From: Longimicrobiales bacterium
Lineage (GTDB): Bacteria > Gemmatimonadota > Gemmatimonadetes > Longimicrobiales > Gaopeijiaceae
DNA: 64,000 nucleotides
NCBI GenBank assembly: GCA_965116905.1
Contig: OZ220732.1
Location: 1,120,001 to 1,184,000 of the forward strand
Reading direction: 5' to 3'
In this document: in pieces, positions 27,146-36,241 of the stretch
Layout of the letters: the number at the start of each line of letters is the position of its first letter
Position numbering within the stretch: the stretch's first letter is position 1
Notes under the pieces: model-generated
The model's database searches: none
Told to the model about the DNA's origin: nothing
Seen by the model: only the letters and a program-made list of their open reading frames with translations
Translations under genes and position numbers: made by a program

Positions 27146-28207
27146 ATGCGCCCGAGACTTCCCGCGGCCAAGCCGCCGCTCTCTCTCCTCCTCCTCCTTG
27201 GACTGGCATGCGCAGCGGCTCTTCCGGCTTGCGCGCCCGCCGGCGACGCGCCCGCCGGCGACTCGGCCGATGCCGACGACGCCACAGCCCGCGGCACCCC
27301 CGCCGACGCCGCCGACCTCGCAGCCCGCGTCGAGTCCCGTCTGGCCACACTCGACGCCACCAGCTCGCTCTACGCCAAACACATTCCCACGGGGCGCGAG
27401 ATCGCGATTCGGGCCGACCTTCCCATGAACACGCTCAGCGTGATCAAGATTCCGATCATGGTGCAGGCGTTTCAGGACCACGCCGAAGGGCGGCTCGACC
27501 TGGACGCCCGCCACACCGTCGAAGCGAACGACATGCGCCGTGGCAGCGGACTCATCCAGACCTTTGCGCCCGGCCTCAGCCCCACCCTGCGCGGCCTCGT
27601 CACCCAGATGATCATCACGTCGGACAACACCGCGACCGACATGGTGATCGACCTGGTCGGGATGGACCGCGTCAACGAGATGCTCGCCGCCAACGGCTAC
27701 GAGGAGACCCGTCTCAAGCACACCACGCACCGCCTGTTCCTGGAGACGTGGATTCGGACGGACCCGGCCTACGGGGCCCTCGGCGAACGCGAAGTCTTCG
27801 AACGCGGCTTCCCGTCGGACGAGGGCGCCGCCGCGCGCTTCTTCGAAATCGAGGGCGACTCGACGATCTGGCTGGGCCGCACCACCGCGCGCGAAATGGC
27901 CCGCCTGCTGGAGCAGATCATGGACGGCGAGCTGGCCGACCAGGCCGCCAGCGACGAGATGGTGCAGATCATGAACGCGCAGTTCTACACCACGCGGCTG
28001 CCCCGGATCGTCCGCTTCCAGGGCGTCCAGGTGGCTCACAAGACCGGCGACTGGCCGCCCTACGCCGGCAACGACGTCGGCATTCTGTTCTACGACGGAG
28101 GGCCGACGATCGTCTCGGTGTTCACCAACCAGAGCCGCGGCGACTTCTACGAGCTGGAGGAGACGCTCGGGATGATCGCGCAGGACATTGTGGAGGCGTG
28201 GAGATGA
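27146..28207 (+). CDS. Class A beta-lactamase-like serine hydrolase (lipoprotein)
   Basis: SVIK, SDN, HKTG; lipobox LPAC. Confidence 0.88.
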   Translation: MRPRLPAAKPPLSLLLLLGLACAAALPACAPAGDAPAGDSADADDATARGTPADAADLAARVESRLATLDATSSLYAKHIPTGREIAIRADLPMNTLSVIKIPIMVQAFQDHAEGRLDLDARHTVEANDMRRGSGLIQTFAPGLSPTLRGLVTQMIITSDNTATDMVIDLVGMDRVNEMLAANGYEETRLKHTTHRLFLETWIRTDPAYGALGEREVFERGFPSDEGAAARFFEIEGDSTIWLGRTTAREMARLLEQIMDGELADQAASDEMVQIMNAQFYTTRLPRIVRFQGVQVAHKTGDWPPYAGNDVGILFYDGGPTIVSVFTNQSRGDFYELEETLGMIAQDIVEAWR

Positions 28208-29736
28208 GCCGCCCCCGACCGCCGGCAACGCTGGGGGCAGGCCCAGCGGCCGCACTCGCAATCGCCGCTTCGCTGCTGGCCGCCTGCGCGCCCCCCGACC
28301 GGCCCGTCCCGCCCGCCCTCGCCCGCGGAATCGACGCGGTCTTCGCCGACCTCGACCGGCCCGGCTCCCCCGGCGCCTCGGTGGCCGTGATCCAGGACGG
28401 CGACATCGTCTACTCGCGCGGCTACGGCGAGGCCCAGATCGAGCACGGCATCCCCGTGACCCCGCACACGGTCTTCCACGTCGCCTCCGTCTCCAAGCAG
28501 TTCGCGGCGATGGCGGTCACCCTGCTCGCCGCCGACGGCGCCCTCTCGCTCGACGATCCCGTCCGCACGCACCTCCCCTACGTGCCCGAGTTCGAGCACA
28601 CCCCCACGGTCCGCCAGATGATCCACCACACGAGCGGGATCCGCGACCAGTGGCAGCTGCTCGCGATGTCGGGCTGGCGCCTCGACGACGTGATCACGAC
28701 CGAACAGATCCTCGGCCTCATGGCCCGCCAGCAGGAGCTCAACTTCGTCCCCGGCGCCGAGTACCTCTATTCGAACATGGGGTACACGCTCCTGGGGCAG
28801 ACCGTCGAGGCCGTGAGCGGCATGTCGTTCGTGGAATTCACGCACGCCCGAATCTTCGCCCCGCTCGGAATGGACCGAACCCACTTCCACGACGACCACG
28901 AGCACATGGTCCCGGACCGCGCCTACTCGTACGCGCCGCTCCAGCCGCCCGCCGACGCCGATGTGCCCGCCGACGCCGATGCGCCCACCGACGCCGACGC
29001 CCCCCGCTACCGCAAGGCCGTCCTCAGCTACGCCAACGCCGGCGCCACCAGCCTCTTCACGACCGCCGAGGACCTGGCCCGCTGGCTCGACAACTTCCGT
29101 CACGCCACCGTCGGAGGTCCCGAGGTCATGCGGACCATGCAGGCCCGCGGCATCCTCAACAACGGCGACACGATCCCCTACGCGCACGGTCTGTCGATGG
29201 GCGAGTACCGCGGGCTGCAGACCATCGGACACGGCGGCGCCGACGCGGGATTCCGAACCCAGGTCCAGTGGTTCCCCGAGGCCGAGACGGGCGTGGTCGT
29301 GCTCACCAACGTGGCCAACGGCAATCCGGCCGGCCGCGCCCGCGACGTGGCGGACGTCGTGCTCGCCGGCTCCTTCCCCGAGGAGCAGGAGGAGGGGCAA
29401 GAGGGCGGCGCGCCTCCCACGGCCGACGATGCCGCGCCACCGGAGACACCCGGCCCCGCGGTGCTTGCGGAATACGACGGCACCTGGTACAGCCCGGAAC
29501 TCGACGCGCTGTACCATCTGAGCGTGTCGGAGGGCCGCCTTGTCGCGCGGCACGTGCGCCACGGCGAAATCGTCCTCGAATACCGCGCCCCCGACGAATT
29601 CGCGACGGATCGCTGGTTCTTCCGCAGCGTCCGCTTCGAGCGCGGCGGCGACGGCGCGGTCGGCGACATGCGCGTCGGCGGGGGACGGGTTCGCAACCTC
29701 CGCTTCGTCAGGCTCACCACACCCCTGCCCGGATAG
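28204..29736 (+). CDS. Beta-lactamase-related (class C/AmpC-like) serine hydrolase lipoprotein
   Basis: SVSK, HTSG, YSN, HGG; lipobox LAAC; ATGA overlap with the upstream gene. Confidence 0.9.
   Translation: MSRPRPPATLGAGPAAALAIAASLLAACAPPDRPVPPALARGIDAVFADLDRPGSPGASVAVIQDGDIVYSRGYGEAQIEHGIPVTPHTVFHVASVSKQFAAMAVTLLAADGALSLDDPVRTHLPYVPEFEHTPTVRQMIHHTSGIRDQWQLLAMSGWRLDDVITTEQILGLMARQQELNFVPGAEYLYSNMGYTLLGQTVEAVSGMSFVEFTHARIFAPLGMDRTHFHDDHEHMVPDRAYSYAPLQPPADADVPADADAPTDADAPRYRKAVLSYANAGATSLFTTAEDLARWLDNFRHATVGGPEVMRTMQARGILNNGDTIPYAHGLSMGEYRGLQTIGHGGADAGFRTQVQWFPEAETGVVVLTNVANGNPAGRARDVADVVLAGSFPEEQEEGQEGGAPPTADDAAPPETPGPAVLAEYDGTWYSPELDALYHLSVSEGRLVARHVRHGEIVLEYRAPDEFATDRWFFRSVRFERGGDGAVGDMRVGGGRVRNLRFVRLTTPLPG
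28951..29004 (+). repeat. In-frame 18-bp tandem repeat x3 (ADADVP/ADADAP/TDADAP)
   Basis: gccgacgccgatgtgccc, gccgacgccgatgcgccc, accgacgccgacgccccc. Confidence 0.85.
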
Positions 29737-29741
29737 TCGCC

Positions 29742-31037
29742 ATGCCTCGTTCAATCACCGTCCGGGGGTGCGCCCTGCTTGCGGCGGCGTGCGCCCTGCT
29801 GGCAGCCGCGTGCTCCGCGGATCAGACCCCGTCCGAGACTCCCGAGACCGCCGAAGTCCCCGAGACCCCCGAAGTCCCCGAGCGGCCCTTCGCGGTCCCC
29901 ACGGGTCCCCATGCCATCGGAATGACCGAATACCGCTGGACGGACGCCGACCGGCCGGAACCCTTCACACGGGATCCCGACGACCTGCGGTCCGTTGCGG
30001 TGCGGGTGTGGTATCCGGCCGGGGAATCGGCGAGTGCCGGGGAGGCGGCCGGCGCCGAAGACGCACCGCGCGCCGAAGACGCACTCACCGCGATGTACCT
30101 CCCCGACCCCACCGAGTTCGGCGACGCCGAGGACTTCGAGTCCGTCACCCACGTTCGCACCAACGCGATCCTCGACGCGGCCCCCGCCGCGGGACCGTTT
30201 CCCGTGCTCGTCTACCATCACGGCGGCGGCTGGACGCGCTTCACCAGCACGTTCACGACCGAGGAACTGGCGTCCCACGGCTACGTGGTCGTCTCGGTGG
30301 GGCACAACGGCTTCAACCGCACGCTCTTCCTGCCGGACGGCGCATCGGTGGCGCCCGACACGCTCACGTTTCCGGAACCTACCGGCGACCTCCTCGCGGA
30401 CGCGCTCGGCAGCTGGGACTACCTCGACGACCACCACTTTCCCGAGTGGGTGGCGGACGCGCGCTTCGTGCTGGATCAGCTGGAGACCCTGAACGGCTCG
30501 GGTCCGTTCGCGGGGCGGCTCGACCTGGACCGCATCGGCATGTACGGGTGGTCCTTCGGGGGCGCGACCTCGATCGAGGCGAGCGTGGTCGACGAACGCG
30601 TGAAGGCGGCGATCGATCACGACGGGCAGCTCTTCGGCTCGGCCCCCACCACCGGGACTACCCGGCCCTTCATGCTGATGCACGGTGGCGAACTCCCGGA
30701 GGTGCCCCCGAGCGACGACCCGGAGGTTGCCGCCGCGAACGAAAAGGCCCTGGCGGAGCTCATGGCGCAGGTTGGCCGGACGGATTCGGCACTGAAAACG
30801 GCTTCGACCGGCGACTGGTACGACGTCACGATCGCGGGGACGAATCACGGCAGCTTCTCGGACCTCGTCCTGTTCACGCCGGCGTTTGCGGCGTCGATCG
30901 AGACGGCGCGCGGCCATGAGATCGTCAACGCGCTGACGGTGGCGTTCTTCGACCGCTACCTGAAGGGTGCCGAGGCCGCGCTGCTGGACGACCCCGCGGC
31001 GGTGTACCCGGAGGTGGAGATGGAGGCGCGAAGGTGA
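29742..31037 (+). CDS. Alpha/beta hydrolase lipoprotein (PAF-acetylhydrolase/dienelactone hydrolase-like)
   Basis: PTGPHAIG, VWYPA, HHG, LASHGYVV, GWSFGG, DG, HGSFSD; lipobox AAAC. Confidence 0.88.
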   Translation: MPRSITVRGCALLAAACALLAAACSADQTPSETPETAEVPETPEVPERPFAVPTGPHAIGMTEYRWTDADRPEPFTRDPDDLRSVAVRVWYPAGESASAGEAAGAEDAPRAEDALTAMYLPDPTEFGDAEDFESVTHVRTNAILDAAPAAGPFPVLVYHHGGGWTRFTSTFTTEELASHGYVVVSVGHNGFNRTLFLPDGASVAPDTLTFPEPTGDLLADALGSWDYLDDHHFPEWVADARFVLDQLETLNGSGPFAGRLDLDRIGMYGWSFGGATSIEASVVDERVKAAIDHDGQLFGSAPTTGTTRPFMLMHGGELPEVPPSDDPEVAAANEKALAELMAQVGRTDSALKTASTGDWYDVTIAGTNHGSFSDLVLFTPAFAASIETARGHEIVNALTVAFFDRYLKGAEAALLDDPAAVYPEVEMEARR

Positions 31038-31091
31038 GCGTACGTGGCACGCGGGACGCCGCGCGGGTACGACACGGCGCGGGACGCGGTG

Positions 31092-31120
31092 ATGACGGAA
31101 AGGCGCGATCGCCCTATAAT
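31092..31120 (+). promoter_or_regulatory. Sigma70-type promoter
   Basis: ATGACG-17 nt-TATAAT in intergenic DNA. Confidence 0.55.
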
Positions 31121-31197
31121 TCTAGGTTTGCCGCGCCCGTGGGTGATCCCGTAAGCGATCCGGACGCGGCGGAATGAGCGGAGCCAAACAGCGCGAG

Positions 31198-31695
31198 ATG
31201 GAAACCACACAACTGCCTCGGAAGCATCGGGTGCGTCGCAACCTGCTCGGGACCACAGCCCTTCTGGCGGTGGCCGTCGGGGGCGGGTGCGCCACCTACC
31301 AGCAGGTCACGGTCCGGGAACTGCCGCCCCAGCAACGGGTGCGGATGCGGCTGGCCGCCGATGAACTGGCCAGGAACATCGCATTCGCGAGCGGGAACCA
31401 GGGCCACCTGAACGGCCGGTTCGTCGAGGCGCGCGGAGACTCCGCAGTCTTCATGCTTACGAATTCCACGGGTTTCAGCCAGGTGGTCCTGCCGGTGGAC
31501 GCGATTCTTCAGTTGGAGCGGAGGGATGCTGCGCAAGGGCGCAGTTTTCTCCTGTCGGTAGGGCTCGTCGGCGGCGTGGCGGCGCTGGCCTATTTCGGTT
31601 TCGAGGGCAGTCAGGGGTCCGACACTGGTGGCGACGAAGACGCCGTGGACGCGCTGGTTCCACTGGTCCGATTCACGATTCCGGTGGGCAGGTAG
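31198..31695 (+). CDS. Hypothetical lipoprotein/membrane protein
   Basis: Signal with GGGC, one further hydrophobic segment; start 31174 or 31198. Confidence 0.65.
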   Translation: METTQLPRKHRVRRNLLGTTALLAVAVGGGCATYQQVTVRELPPQQRVRMRLAADELARNIAFASGNQGHLNGRFVEARGDSAVFMLTNSTGFSQVVLPVDAILQLERRDAAQGRSFLLSVGLVGGVAALAYFGFEGSQGSDTGGDEDAVDALVPLVRFTIPVGR

Positions 31696-31802
31696 GCATG
31701 ACATTCGCCTTGCCGCTACTTGCGGGATCGCGTAGTGCACAGATAAGTAGTCTCGGGCGCGAAGTCCGCGTCTTTTTCGTTCCACCCCGAAATGGAGGCA
31801 TT

Positions 31803-34800
31803 ATGTCCCCAGCAAACATTGGAAAGGCGGTCGGCCGGGCCGCCGCCACTCCCCTTCTCGCCGCAGCCTTGATGGCCGTGACGGTGCAGGCGCCCCTGGC
31901 GGCGCAGACCGGTACGGTCACTGGCGTGGTGCGAAGCGTGACCAACGGGCAGCCCATCGCGGGCGCCCAGGTCTCCATCCCGGCGCTCAACACCGGGATC
32001 CTGGCCAACAACGTAGGCCGGTACCTGCTCCAGAACGTGCCCGCGGGCACGCACACGATGCAGGTGCAGTACATCGGCTACTCGGCGTCCAGCATGGACG
32101 TGACCGTCACCGCGGGCGGCGCCGTGATCCAGGACTTCGAACTGCGCTCGGAGGCGATCAGCCTTGAAGGCGTGGTGGTCACGGGCACCGCGGGCGCGGC
32201 CAGAAGGCGCGAGATCGGCAACTCGGTCAGCCAGATCAACGAGGAGGCGTTCCAATCGTCACCGATCCAGAACGTGGCCGACATCCTGCAGGGCCGTGCG
32301 TTGGGCGTGACCGTCCTGACCAACGGCGGACAGGTGGGCGCCGGGTCGACGATCAAGCTGCGCGGCAACAACTCGGTGTCGTTCAGCAACTCGCCGCTCG
32401 TCTACGTAGACGGCGTGCGGATTCGCGAACGCGGAGTGATCCATTCCGACGAGGCCAACCAGCAGACCAACCCCTTTGACGACATCAATCCGGCCGATAT
32501 CGAGCGGATCGAGACGATCAAGGGCGCGGCGGCGACGACCCTGTACGGGACCGAGGCCGCCGGCGGCGTGATTCAGATCTTCACCAAGCGTGGAGTCGCC
32601 GGAGCCCCTGCGTGGTCGCTTACCGTCGACCAGGGTCTCAACACCCTGGGTCACATCGGGCCTGATCCGGACGTCAATCCCACCGGGCTGGGGTTGAACA
32701 ACTGCAACTTTACCGGCGACGCCAACTTCCCTGGCGGTGACCCTCAGTTCCCTGCGGATCCGAGCTGTCCCGCGAGCGGCTCCTGGCTGAAGGACGGAAC
32801 GCTGCAGAGCTACAACCTGTCGGTTCGCGGCGGCGCGGAGCGCATGAACTACTTCGTGTCCGCGAAGTGGGGCGCCGAGTCGGGCGTCTTCGACACCGGC
32901 TTCGACGCCAACGACGTGAAGCGTCCGGAGCAAGGCCAGGAGACCTGGAACATCCGGGGCAACTTCTCGTTCGCTCCTGCCGAGGACCTGGACATCCGCT
33001 TCAACAGCTTCTACGCGCACCGCAACGTCACGTGGGTGCCGGACGGCAACAACGCCGAGGGACTGCTCCTCAACGTCTTCCGCGGCGGTGCCGACTACAC
33101 CAACGACGAGGACGGCAAGCTCCTCGACATGGACATCACCAACATCAACGACCACTTCACAAGCGGCGTGAACCTCCTGTGGAACCCCACGGAAGGGATG
33201 AACCACCGCTTGAACGCCGGGATCGACTGGGTCCGCAACGAGTATTTCGAGGAACGGCCGTGGGGGTATTTCTACGTCCAGGGCGGCAATCGGGAAACCG
33301 ATGAGCGGACCTTCCGGAAGCTCACGCTGGACTACGCCGGCACCATGGACCGGACCTTCTTCGGTCTCTCGTCGTCGACCTCGCTCGGAGGCCAGCTCTA
33401 CAACGACTTCGTGACCGGCACCAACGGCTTCGGCGACGACTTCGCCGGACCTGGCGCAAAGATCCTGCAATCCGGAGCGATCACCCAGGCCTTCGAGGTC
33501 AACAGCACCGTGACGAGCGGCGGCTTCTTCCTGCAGGAGATCATCGGGATCGCCGACCGGTTGTTCCTGACGGGTGGGGTGCGCGTGGACGGCCACTCCG
33601 CGTTCGGGCAGGACTTCGGCCTGGAGATCTACCCAAAGGGTCAGTTCTCCTACGTCCTCTCCGATGAGAGCTTCTTCCCGTCGAGCTTCGGCACCCTGAA
33701 GCTGCGTGGCGCCTTCGGCGACTCCGGCAAAGCGCCGGGTCTCTTCGACGCGGCCCGTACCTGGGCATCGGTGGCGGGCGACAACGGACAGCCCGGCGTC
33801 ACGCCCGACAACCTGGGCAATCCGCTTCTGGGTCCCGAACGCACGCGCGAATGGGAGCTGGGCTTCGAAGGGTCCACGCTGGACGGCAGGGTCGGCTTCG
33901 AATACCAGTATTTCAAGCAGAACACCTACGATGCGCTGATCCCGGTCACGCAGCTCCCGTCGGGTGGATTCGTCGGCAACCAGCTCGAAAACGTCGGCGA
34001 GGTGAGCAACGCGGGCCACGAGGCATTCGTGAATCTGAATGTGCTCTCCTCAAGCACACTCGGATGGGATATCGGCTTGCGGCTGTCCACGAGCGAGTCC
34101 CGGGTGATTGACCTGGGGGATCTGGAGAGCATCTCCGTCGGTTGGCGCAACTATGTGCGGGCACCCGTGGAGTGCACGTCCGAGCTGTCCAACGGCGTAT
34201 CCTTCGACGGCAACGGCTTCATTGGCCAGGGCTGCACGGTCGGAGACCTCGTGTACTACCCGCTTCCGGCCTTCTGCGAGGATCGTGTCCAGAACCCGGA
34301 CGAGGTGGGCGCAGCCCCTCGTTACGTCGATCAGTGCGTGGGGACGACCACGCCCAAGTACACGTATGGAATCAGCACCACCATGACGCTTTCCCAGCGC
34401 CTGACGCTCGACGTCGTGGGCGAGGGGATGGGTGGACACTGGCTGTCGTCCGGAACCGCCTACCAGAACACCCGGCGGCGCGTGTGGCCCCTGTGCCGCG
34501 ACACCGTGGCAGCCATCGCGGAAGGGCGGACAAGCCAGTTGACCGCTGGCGAGCGTGCCCTGTGCGACCGCTCGGTCGTGCGCTACGGCATGTGGACCCA
34601 GCCGGCCGACTTCTTCAAGATCCGCTCGGCGTCGCTCAGCTTCCGGGTGCCCGAGGGCTTCCTCCCGGGTCAGGTGCGGTCGGCGACGATTCGCCTGCAA
34701 GGACGGAACCTGTTCACCCGGACCGATTTCGAGGGCATCGACCCCGAGGCCTTCGAGGACGGATCCGCCGAAGTGCTCTTCCGTCAGGAGTACTACAACC

Positions 34801-34847
34801 TGCCGCCGATCCGCAGCTTCCTGCTGTCGGTCAAGGTCGACTTCTAA
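31803..34847 (+). CDS. SusC/RagA TonB-dependent outer-membrane receptor
   Basis: Carboxypeptidase-regulatory-like N-domain, VVVTG, PLVYVDGV, IKGAAATTLYGTEAAGGVIQIFTK, GNPLLGPE, terminal F; GGAGG RBS. Confidence 0.95.
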   Translation: MSPANIGKAVGRAAATPLLAAALMAVTVQAPLAAQTGTVTGVVRSVTNGQPIAGAQVSIPALNTGILANNVGRYLLQNVPAGTHTMQVQYIGYSASSMDVTVTAGGAVIQDFELRSEAISLEGVVVTGTAGAARRREIGNSVSQINEEAFQSSPIQNVADILQGRALGVTVLTNGGQVGAGSTIKLRGNNSVSFSNSPLVYVDGVRIRERGVIHSDEANQQTNPFDDINPADIERIETIKGAAATTLYGTEAAGGVIQIFTKRGVAGAPAWSLTVDQGLNTLGHIGPDPDVNPTGLGLNNCNFTGDANFPGGDPQFPADPSCPASGSWLKDGTLQSYNLSVRGGAERMNYFVSAKWGAESGVFDTGFDANDVKRPEQGQETWNIRGNFSFAPAEDLDIRFNSFYAHRNVTWVPDGNNAEGLLLNVFRGGADYTNDEDGKLLDMDITNINDHFTSGVNLLWNPTEGMNHRLNAGIDWVRNEYFEERPWGYFYVQGGNRETDERTFRKLTLDYAGTMDRTFFGLSSSTSLGGQLYNDFVTGTNGFGDDFAGPGAKILQSGAITQAFEVNSTVTSGGFFLQEIIGIADRLFLTGGVRVDGHSAFGQDFGLEIYPKGQFSYVLSDESFFPSSFGTLKLRGAFGDSGKAPGLFDAARTWASVAGDNGQPGVTPDNLGNPLLGPERTREWELGFEGSTLDGRVGFEYQYFKQNTYDALIPVTQLPSGGFVGNQLENVGEVSNAGHEAFVNLNVLSSSTLGWDIGLRLSTSESRVIDLGDLESISVGWRNYVRAPVECTSELSNGVSFDGNGFIGQGCTVGDLVYYPLPAFCEDRVQNPDEVGAAPRYVDQCVGTTTPKYTYGISTTMTLSQRLTLDVVGEGMGGHWLSSGTAYQNTRRRVWPLCRDTVAAIAEGRTSQLTAGERALCDRSVVRYGMWTQPADFFKIRSASLSFRVPEGFLPGQVRSATIRLQGRNLFTRTDFEGIDPEAFEDGSAEVLFRQEYYNLPPIRSFLLSVKVDF

Positions 34848-34855
34848 CGGAGAGG

Positions 34856-36220
34856 ATGCAGATCATGAAAACGATGAATTCACGCCGGGTGTTCCTGGGC
34901 GCGCTGTTCGTGGCGCTCGCGACGACCGGCTGCGACGAGAGCATCTTCGACGTCAAGAACCCCGGCCGGATCCTGGACGACGATCTGAACACGGCGGCGG
35001 GCGTCAAGTCGCTGGTTACCGGAATGTCGGCCGACTTCTCGGTGGGCTATGACAATCTCTCTTTCACGACCGCCATTCTTTCCGACGAGATTGTCGGGTC
35101 GGGGAGCTATTTCTCCACGGGCCGCTACCGCAGGGGGCTCTTCGATTCCGAGGACGCGAACGGGTTCTGGGCGTCCGTCCAGCGGGCACGCTGGGTGGCT
35201 GAGGCCGGACTCCTGCGCATGCAGGCTATCGAAGGCTACCAATACGACGGCAACCAGGAGACGGCTCGCGCCCACCTCTTCGGCGGACTCGCCAACCGCT
35301 GGTTCGGCGAGAACTTCTGCCAGACGGTGTTCAGCGCGCCCTACGACCAGGAAAACCCGGGTCCGGGCGGTGAGGTCGACACCGGAGACGCCATGGATCG
35401 CAACGCGGCGTTCCAGCGCGCGATCGCGTTGCTGGAGCGTGCCGCCCAGCACGGTGGCTCGGCCGGACGATCCGACATTGTAAACGCCGCAGAGGGTGGC
35501 TTGGCGCAGGTGTACGTGGGCATGGGCGACTTCAACAGTGCGGCTGCGCGTGCCGCCAAAGTGCCGACGGACTTCGTGTTCGCCGCCGCGTACTCTTCCA
35601 ATTCGGGCCGGGAAACGAGCCAGATCTGGAACGAGACGCACGGACGCCACGAGATCTCCGCCTGGGGGACGCTCGCGGGCATCGTGGGTGCCGGTGACCC
35701 GCGCACGCCGTGGACCGACTGTTCGGCTCCTGGAAGCGGCTGCGCCAGCGGCAACGGAGCCGATGGAGAGACGATCCACTTCAGGCAGGACAAGTACCCG
35801 ACCCGCGACGATGATATTCCGCTCGTCAAGGGCACGGAAATGCGCCTGATTGAGGCTGAGGCGGCGTTGATGGCCGGAGATCTCGCAACCGCAATGGCCA
35901 AGATCAACGAGGTGCGCGCGTATCATGGACTGGACGCGGTCGAGTCCGACGGTACGATCGGCCAGATCACCGGCGGCGACGGCGGGGGGGCCAACTTCAC
36001 CTCCATGTCGGGCTGGGACATCCTTGACCGCGAGCGGCACCTGACGCTCTGGCTCGAGGGCCGGCGTCTGTGGGACCTGCACCGTTGGGACCATCCGCAC
36101 CTGGATGGTGGCGGTGTGGTCTACAAGGCGACGGTCGCGCGCCGGGCGTCGTGCATGCCGATTGCCCTGGACGAGTGCCAGGTGAACGAAAAGGTCTCCA
36201 GCCTGTGCATCAGCGTGTAG
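34856..36220 (+). CDS. SusD/RagB lipoprotein
   Basis: Lipobox TTGC, EMRLIEAEA, INEVR, ER..LWLEGRRLWDL.R; follows susC. Confidence 0.9.
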   Translation: MQIMKTMNSRRVFLGALFVALATTGCDESIFDVKNPGRILDDDLNTAAGVKSLVTGMSADFSVGYDNLSFTTAILSDEIVGSGSYFSTGRYRRGLFDSEDANGFWASVQRARWVAEAGLLRMQAIEGYQYDGNQETARAHLFGGLANRWFGENFCQTVFSAPYDQENPGPGGEVDTGDAMDRNAAFQRAIALLERAAQHGGSAGRSDIVNAAEGGLAQVYVGMGDFNSAAARAAKVPTDFVFAAAYSSNSGRETSQIWNETHGRHEISAWGTLAGIVGAGDPRTPWTDCSAPGSGCASGNGADGETIHFRQDKYPTRDDDIPLVKGTEMRLIEAEAALMAGDLATAMAKINEVRAYHGLDAVESDGTIGQITGGDGGGANFTSMSGWDILDRERHLTLWLEGRRLWDLHRWDHPHLDGGGVVYKATVARRASCMPIALDECQVNEKVSSLCISV

Positions 36221-36241
36221 GCGAGGGATAAGGACCTTCGG

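Noticed and set aside
27146..29736. Antibiotic-resistance island
   Set aside because: The enzymes are generic serine hydrolases; the class A-like one lacks Glu166 and there is no mobility context
25997..31037. Apparent giant or fusion ORFs (754, 614, 898 and 949 aa) in the ORF track
   Set aside because: The N-terminal extensions overlap neighbouring genes; real starts with RBS or gene coupling and signal peptides are at 26983, 27146, 28204 and 29742
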